A stretch of DNA of 64,000 nucleotides from Cyanophora paradoxa CCMP329 (taxonomy: Eukaryota; Plantae; Glaucophyta): the NCBI GenBank assembly GCA_004431415.1, contig QPMI01000649.1, positions 76,870 through 140,869 on the forward strand, written 5' to 3'. Position numbers and translations under genes: made by a program. How positions within the stretch are numbered: position 1 is the first letter of the stretch; the number at the start of each line of letters is the position of its first letter. A model generated the notes under the pieces. That model was not told where the DNA came from and ran no database searches. It was given only the letters and a program-made list of their open reading frames with translations. Below are positions 63,105 to 64,000 of this stretch, piece after piece.

Positions 63105-64000
63105 GACGCGCTGCAGACGCGACGGTGGAGGACTTCGAGGGGGAGATGGACCTCATCCTCGCCGCCCTGCGGTGCCCTCTGCTTTCCCTCGCTACGCTAC
63201 GCTCTGCGTCTTCTTCGCTTATGGATGGGCAGGTCCGGGGGCTGCGGGGCGGGCCCCGCCGCCCTCCTCGACTTCGTCTCCCGCCTCCCCGAATGCTCCG
63301 ACCCCGGTCCGCCCCCTTCCGAGCCAGCACCCAGCGACTCGATCTCACGGCGGGGCGGGGCCGGGCCGGGGCCAGGCGTGCTCTCGCTGATGGAGGTGGC
63401 GGGGGTGGCGGCCCTCTCCGCCGCCTACGTCGACTCCCCCGCCCTCTTCGGCCTCCTCCCCGCCCGGTGCGAGCTGAGGGAAGAGGCGAGGGGAGGCGAG
63501 GGGGCGCCCGTGAGCCGCCGGCGCGCGCGCGCGCTCCCGCAGGTGCCTGCGGCTCAGCCTGGAGCACGGCCGCGCCCCGCAGGTGCCCAAGCGTCCCCGG
63601 GCGTAGAAGACCGCCTCTGATCCGCCGGGCCCGGCTCGGCCCCGCCTCGCAGACGCCCTTCCTGGCGGCGATCCTGGGGCACGTCTGCGCCGTCTCCGAC
63701 CGCCTCCTCCCCCTCTGCTACCCCCTCTGCCAGGCACCTCCAGCCCCGCCCCGCCCCTCTGAGCGCGTCTGGCCGCCTTGAAACGGGCCGGGGGCGGCAG
63801 GTGGGCGTCAAGTTCGGGGCCTCTTCGCCCGACCTCCGCGTCCGCACCTACGTGCGCACTTCGCATTCAATGTACATGTGGCGCGAGGCCCCGGGGCGCG
63901 CTGAGGGGCGGGGCGCAGTCGGTGGCGTGGACGGCGATGAGCTGCATATGGGGCGAGCCCTTCCGCGCCTCCCGCCAGGCCCGCCTCCCTCTCCCCTTCC
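58126..64000 (+). CDS. Degenerate Ser/Thr kinase + STAND-class AAA ATPase (COG3899 / HstK-like multi-sensor kinase family); multi-exon, 3'-partial
   Basis: YTAPELTGRM, TDLYLLGVVLYEMLAGRPPF, LELIHAHLAR, RLLAKTKAERYRSAFG, LYGREE, Walker A GSPGSGKT, GKADQY, Walker B LVLLDDAQW, TYRDTEI, KTSGNP, FTFRHDKIQQAA. Confidence 0.88.

Overview
Eukaryotic, very GC-rich, intron-dense nuclear DNA. Introns are mostly 50-150 bp, so most entries in the six-frame ORF track are shadow ORFs and I rebuilt the genes by splicing by eye. Two genes start with Phe-containing, Ala/Ser/Arg-rich leaders without a signal peptide, which suggests a primary-plastid alga resembling a glaucophyte (inference only). About 16 genes, in order: a CENP-C-motif protein with AT-hook and H1-like tail (5' end outside the window); F-box/LRR; EF-hand protein; RING-Bbox-Bbox-coiled-coil-WD40 (TRIM-like) E3; Cys-rich domain plus QQGYP repeat protein; putative plastid-targeted RNI-like LRR protein; HDAC11; tandem PGDYG-like protein with 8- and 12-nt microexons; putative plastid SAM methyltransferase; coiled-coil protein; M17 aminopeptidase (NPEPL1-like), followed later by a truncated intron-containing copy of its 3' half; a lower-GC island with an F-box gene and an F-box-LRR-ankyrin gene; bacterial-type sirtuin; variant bZIP; and a pseudokinase-STAND AAA ATPase (COG3899-like) running off the 3' end. 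Two MITEs (hAT-like with an 8-bp TSD, and a TA-TSD element) lie in the 14.8-17.5 kb intergenic gap. Window-wide signals are frequent GC-AG introns, four tight head-to-head gene pairs, a strand- and position-biased GTACCC motif in gene bodies, and palindrome-rich intergenic DNA. I saw no RNA genes or CRISPR arrays. Exon boundaries are manual predictions.
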